In this document: positions 57,823-64,000 of the stretch, piece after piece
How positions within the stretch are numbered: position 1 is the first letter of the stretch
Layout of the letters: every line of letters begins with the position of its first letter
Source of the DNA: Octopus vulgaris
Lineage: Eukaryota
Assembly: GCA_951406725.2 (NCBI GenBank)
Contig: OX597822.1
Coordinates: forward strand, 61,070,001-61,134,000
DNA length: 64,000 nucleotides
Direction of reading: 5' to 3'
Program-made: the position numbers and the translations under genes
Notes under the pieces: model-generated
Seen by the model: the letters and a program-made list of their open reading frames with translations, nothing else
Told to the model about the DNA's origin: nothing
The model's database searches: none

Positions 57823-59551
57823 TAATATATATTTATATACGACGAGTTTCTTTCAGTTTTCGTCTACCAAATCCACTCACAAGGCTTTGGTCGGCCCGAG
57901 GCTCTTGCCCAATGTGCCACGCAGTGTAACTGAACTCGGAACCATGTGTTTGGGAAGCAAGCTTCTTACCACACAGCCACTCCTGCACCTATTCATTTCT
58001 TCTTTTACTTGTGTCAATTATTAGACCATGGTCATGCAGGGGCACCGCTTTAAAGAGCTTTTTAGTCGATAAAATCGCCCCCAGTTCTGGGACTTACTCT
58101 ATCGATTTCTTTTTTCCGACCTACCAAACTACAGATACATGACCAAATCTACATCGCTGCCAAGCGCTAAGAAATACGCACGCACGCACGCAACACGTAC
58201 ACTTACTTGCAAGGCATTGGTCATAAAGCCAAACTAGAAGACACCTGTCCAGAGTGCCGCATACTGGGATTGAACGCGAAACACCTGTGACTATGAACGA
58301 ACGTCCTAACTACAGCTCTCATGTCTGCTTGTGTGTGTGTATGTGTCTTTGTATTTAAAGAATTCTTTAAAAAGAGATTAGATTTTGTTTAGACAGGTGT
58401 CTAAAGAGACAATCGCGGTTGAAAGCACTTACACAAAAATTTTCTTCATATCATCCATCAGGTCTGTGTTAATCTGTTTTTAAACAGATAATTTTTGTTT
58501 GATAATTTTAAATTAAAAAAAACAACAACAGATTTCTGAGATATCATAAGCGCACTAAGTACTTTCTTCCAAATCTTCAACAATATGCATACGTACGTGT
58601 GCAAGTGTGTGCGTATGTGCGCGTACTATGTCTGTATACAGTACGTCGATATATAGTTAAATTTCGACGGCTTGAACAAAACAGATTGAGAGTATTTTGT
58701 CTGGATAACTGATTTTTCTGATAACCGAGTTTTGACTATATCAGTATCATTATCAGTATCATCTCTATCGCCACCGCATCAGAAGTCTCATCATCTCCAT
58801 CATTATCATTTCTATCATCAGATGTTTATCCCCCACTTTCCATCGACATTAGAGCTGTAGCAAGTCTGAACAATAAGTTGTGAACGTTTGTGTTATTACC
58901 AGAGTATTTAATCATATAATTGGGTGTGCCAAAGGAGTAGACGCTATGTGTATGTTTGACCTGCTAAAAATAGCAGTGAAATATACTCCACTATCTTGTC
59001 TTATCTTCTAACATTTCATTCGCTTCTAGGACGCATTATAGGAATATTAAATCGACCCCAGTACTTCAGTGATACTTTAATTTGTTAACCTTGCGAAAGA
59101 AGAAGGGTAAAGCTGACCTCAGTACGATTTGAACTTAGAATAATAAAAGTAGAAGTACTGAATCTGAATATAAAACGGAATAGTCATGAGTGGAACATTT
59201 ACGTTCGCAGATCTATTCAACTGTGACTGACAACAATAACTACATACATCATCTGAGAGTGAAATGAACCTAACCAACTGTGAAATGAAAAACTGGGTTA
59301 CGAAATTAGGCAGACGTTTGTGAAGCGGCGGATGCGTGCGCACGCAAACACACACACATACATAGATCATGGGCTTTGGCACAGTTTTCGTCTACTGAAT
59401 CCACTCACAAAGCATTGGTCAACCCTGGACCATAGTAGAAGACACTCGCCAAAGGTGTCTTGCAATGGAACCAAACCCGGTATGACATCGTTGCGTACAG
59501 TCATGCCTACGTCTGTCTGACTGTCTCTCTATCTTTCTCGCTATATATATA

Positions 59552-59617
<66 letters not shown>

Positions 59618-59641
59618 TATATATATATATACATATATATA

Positions 59642-59673
<32 letters not shown>

Positions 59674-59700
59674 CATATATACATACATATATATACATAC

Positions 59701-59756
<56 letters not shown>

Positions 59757-59834
59757 GCATATAAGAATTTTTTGCGTAACGAGCTAAAAACCAAGGCTGT
59801 GTAGATATTAGAATATATATGCATATATATGCAC

Positions 59835-59899
<65 letters not shown>

Positions 59900-60120
59900 T
59901 CATGGGCCCGGTTTCCTGGTTTCAGTGGTGTATGTATTCCCCAGCTGGACGAGACGCCAGTTCATCGCAGCGTTAATCATTTTTGCCAGCTGTGTGGACT
60001 GGAGCAACGTGAAATGAAGTGTTTTGCTCAAGAGCACGACGCGTCGCCCGATCCACGAATCGAAAGCACAATATTTCGATCATGATGCTGACACCCTAAC
60101 TACAAAGCCACGCGCCTCCA

Positions 60121-60261
<141 letters not shown>

Positions 60262-60718
60262 CCTGCTGTCTTTCACCTCTGCCTACTGCTGTCATGTAAC
60301 CAGCGGCCAGTTCCTTTTTTTTCTTCCTTCCTTACACTGACCAGTCCGAAATTCTCTGTCTCTCCGTTCTCCGTCCTTCAAGACATTCTCTAGGCGTTAC
60401 CCACTATTCTCGTCTGCTTGGCCCCAAAGCCGTATTTTGTTCGACTGTTCGTCCTAATCCACTGTCCTAAATCACACTCTGCGTCATTTTGCCTGTTTTG
60501 TTTTGTTTTGCTTGCTCTTGTCCCTAATTCTCCGCAAGAAAACTTTTCTTGTGAGCACCGCCAATCGGGAAGCACTCGGTTTTATCGTTAAAGGTGCGAG
60601 ACTGAACATTACGAGTTAGTCGACAACTGATGAAGAATTACGGATCTTCTGTTTGTCTCCCGTTCGTTTTTACATTCAGTATATGTTACGTCGTTTGTTT
60701 ATACAATTTTCACTTATA

Positions 60719-60752
<34 letters not shown>

Positions 60753-61653
60753 TGGTCATTCTCCAAGACCGCTTGTCATCCGATGTTCGTTTGCTTACAT
60801 TCCCGTAATTTTTGCGGGTCGACAAAAGAGACTGATACGACGTCTTAAGAATAAGTACTGGAGTCGATTTGTCTGACAAAATCTTTTAAGGCGGGATCCA
60901 AGATGGCCGCAGACCACTGACTGAAACGAGTAAAAGATAAATGATTTAACAAAGTACACTGACAATAAGTTCTTATTCTCATACATAAAAGACCTACGAT
61001 GTATGTATGTGTGCGACTGAATGTATAAACTGAGATAATTTCCCGTCTTGCTCGTGTAATTAGATAATTACCCTACATCTGGTTAACCTACATTTGCGAG
61101 AAGTCTGCGGCAAAAGGTTAACTTCCTCTCATCAGTCATGGAAAACCTGTACATGGTCACGGATGCTGTTGATCTTCTTGTAGCTGAATTATAAATTATA
61201 CATGACCATCACGATTACCGCCATCTTTACCAATGGCGTTAAGATAAAAAAAAGAAGGAAAGAAAGAAAAAAGAAAAGAAAGAGGAAATTAAAGAAAAAA
61301 AATAAGATAAATAATGTTGAAAATAAAGAAAAATAGAATGAATCGGTAGAAGGATGGTACGAAGGGCAGTATGAAAGTATGGAAGAAGTGAAGCAGGCAG
61401 GAAAGGACGAGATAAAGAGAGGAGTGGAGAGAGTAAGAGAGAAAAGAGAAAGACGGATGGGATTCATTAAAAAAACATGAAGTATTTAACCGTGACTCAT
61501 TAATAACAAGATGGCTTCTAGTCCATATATACATACATGCATGCATGCATATATACATACATACATACATACATACATACATACATACATAGACACACAC
61601 ACACACACACACATACATACATACATACATACATACATACATACATACATACA

Positions 61654-61684
<31 letters not shown>

Positions 61685-62199
61685 TTAGACTAAATCATGT
61701 GCGGAGGAGAATGTTAGATTAATTGTTCCATTAGAGATATTGCTATTTGAAGGCGGGGAGCTGGTAGAAACGTTAGCACGCCGGGCGAAATGCATAGCCG
61801 TATTGCGTCTGTCGTTACGTTCTGAGTTCAAATTCCGCCGAGGTCGACTTTGCCTTTCATCCTTTCGGGGTCGATTAAATAAGTACCAGTTACGCACTGG
61901 GGTCGGGGTCGATATAAACGACTTGATCCAGTTGTCTGTCCTTGTTTGTTCCCTCTGTGTTTGGCCCCTTGTGGGTAGTAAAGAAATAGGTATTTCGTCT
62001 GCCTTTACGTTCTGAGTTCAAATTCCTCAGAGGTCGACTTTGCCTTTCATCCTTTCGCGGTCGATAGATTGAGTACCAGTTACGTACTAGGGTCGATCTA
62101 ATCGATTGGGCCCCTCTCCAAAATTTCGGGCTTTGTGCCTAGAGTAGACAAGAGATATTGTTCTTTGATGCTGAAACTGCGATTCTATAATAGTATGCT

Positions 62200-62745
62200 G
62201 GTGTATTAGTGCTGTGAAGGTTTGGTATGGTGTGAAGGCTTGGTGGTATGTTGTGTTGGTATGGGAACAATGTGATGGTGTGTTATGATGGCGTTGTAAT
62301 AATCGTGTAATTGTGGTAAGGTTGCAATGATGTGATAAAGTAATGGAGTTTGTTATAATGTTGTGATAATGTTGTGATGATGCAATGGAATAGTACTGTG
62401 ATGGTATTGCAATAGCGTGGCGGTATAGTGATATAGTGATGGTGTTGTGATGCCGTGATGGTGTGACGTTGTCTTGATGTTATGTTGTGATGATGTTTTA
62501 GTTATGATGGTGTAATATTGTAGAGTTGTAAATGCGTGATGTATAGTGTTGTGACAATGTTATGGTATTGTAATGGTATTGCAGTGTTGTGATGGTAGAG
62601 TTGTAGTATTGTGATGGTATTTTAGTGTTGTGTTACGTCGTACTGAATTGTAGCAGAGATATAATGGTGTGAGATTGGGATGGCGAAATTTATGATAATA
62701 CTGCGGTGTTTGATGGCGTTGGCTTGTGTTGGAGTAGTGTTGTGA
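62200..62745. repeat. Degenerate GT-rich (GTGAT/GTGTT)-type low-complexity tract
   Basis: Direct reading of the sequence. Confidence 0.75.
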
Positions 62746-62746
62746 T

Positions 62747-63030
62747 CAGGCCCATCGAGGCCCTAAGCACTTAAAAGATTTTGGTGTCCCTATAAAAGAT
62801 TATGTAATTTAAAATATGAACAATAACAAATCATAAAATACATTTTTATTTTTCAAAACGAAACAAAACAGTAAGAGGGAAAATAATGTTTATTTTTGTG
62901 TACTTTCACTTTATTTATATTTGAAAAGTTTCTTCCTACTTTTTTTAAATACAAAGTCTTTGTTCAGAGCTTCAAAATTAATCTTAGGTAACACATCTGC
63001 ATCTATACTTAGTGCCGTAAACCATCCTTC
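62747..63030 (-). mobile_element. hAT transposon 3' end remnant
   Basis: LSIDADVLPKINFEALNKDFVFKKSRKKLF resembles the end of the hAT dimerization domain; CAGGCCC..GCCCTAAGCA terminus, with a similar end at about 41580. Confidence 0.55.
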
Positions 63031-64000
63031 CCTTGATGTCGTAAGCACAAGGTTATTTTGCTTAATGGTTAATCCAGTGCTGGTTGTGATGGTGTGAAGC
63101 ACTGCTCAAGGACTTATGGACGGACGAACTGTAGACAGGAACTTCGGTGCGAGATAGCTGGGGAGCTGGTCTGCAGTGAAGCGGACTTCCGGTGAGGCGA
63201 AACTTCTTCGAAGCACGAGATGACCGACGGCTCCCACCCTCATGCGTTTAACTAAATGTAACTAAATAAATCTTTCGCCAACACACTGTGATTCTCCGTT
63301 GATTTTTTTGTGTATAGCTCAGCTAAAGCTATAATGGTATGATTTTTGTGATGACATGATGTCATAGTGTTGTTTGCGAGAAACCGCCAGTGATATTTGG
63401 AATCAGAACTTTAGTTTGAGCTGTAATAAAACCCTTTACGTGATAATTTCTTTTCCCTTCTTTTTTTTCTTTTTTTTTTTAGTGCATACTAATTTGATAC
63501 GGTGACCCTTCATAATAGCGATTAGCAATGTTAAAAACAGTGCGTGTGAATGTAACTAGGAGTGCTTTATTTTGACATCCTTTAGGAGTAATTTCATTGT
63601 TGTCAACAACAAAGCACATGAATTGTTCCCCACGTCCTAATTGGTTTTTCAAGTCACATTAACTCATGAAGTGGCTTTCATCACATCGCCAAATTCTGAG
63701 CTAAAAACAATGCAAAAATAAAACCCAGCTCACTATGGCTTATTAATGTTTGCACATCACATGCCCATTCCTGACCAATCGGCGATGAAACACATTCGGT
63801 GCAATTTACTTTTAGAATGCTGTCGCTTGGAGTCCACGTTTAATCAATAAATAGAGATGACATTATTTCATTTTCTAGAGCAGTGAACCGACAGAATCGT
63901 TAAGAGCGCTGGAAAAATGGTTTGCGGGATTTTTTCTGGTATTTTACATGCTGAGTTCAGATCCCATCGAGATCATCATGACCGTTCATCCCTCAGTGAG

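Noticed and set aside
60595-60662. Three-way-junction fold containing CTGATGA
   Set aside because: Lacks the GAAA half of the hammerhead core.
61070-61170. Minus-strand CTGATGA-GAG...CTC-GCAA motif
   Set aside because: GCAA instead of GAAA, no NUH triplet in register and poor stem III.

Overview
AT-rich, repeat-dense animal genomic DNA. The SINE families and microsatellite load resemble an octopus/coleoid cephalopod genome (inference). One intact protein-coding gene is present: a 3-exon, 450-aa alpha-tubulin on the minus strand (ATG-only exon 28863-28865, exon 2 24186-24408, exon 3 22941-24067) with a TATA/Inr promoter near 29.0 kb. The rest is mostly mobile-element debris: mariner, Chapaev3-like, Tigger, hAT, MITEs, RTE, CR1, Tx1-like, a Neptune-type Penelope-like element and several tRNA-derived SINE families. 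Three observations stand out. (1) A dispersed set of minimal hammerhead-ribozyme motifs with palindromic stem III and non-standard cores (U3-A8, A6U) lies in short elements, mostly beside (TA)n arrays; one is a 195-bp insertion with an 11-bp TSD. (2) An unannotated, highly base-paired ~270-nt segment at 18.2-18.5 kb has H/ACA-like boxes and a possible pseudoknot. (3) There are several near-perfect inverted repeats that could form dsRNA. All structures were folded by eye and no database searches were run.
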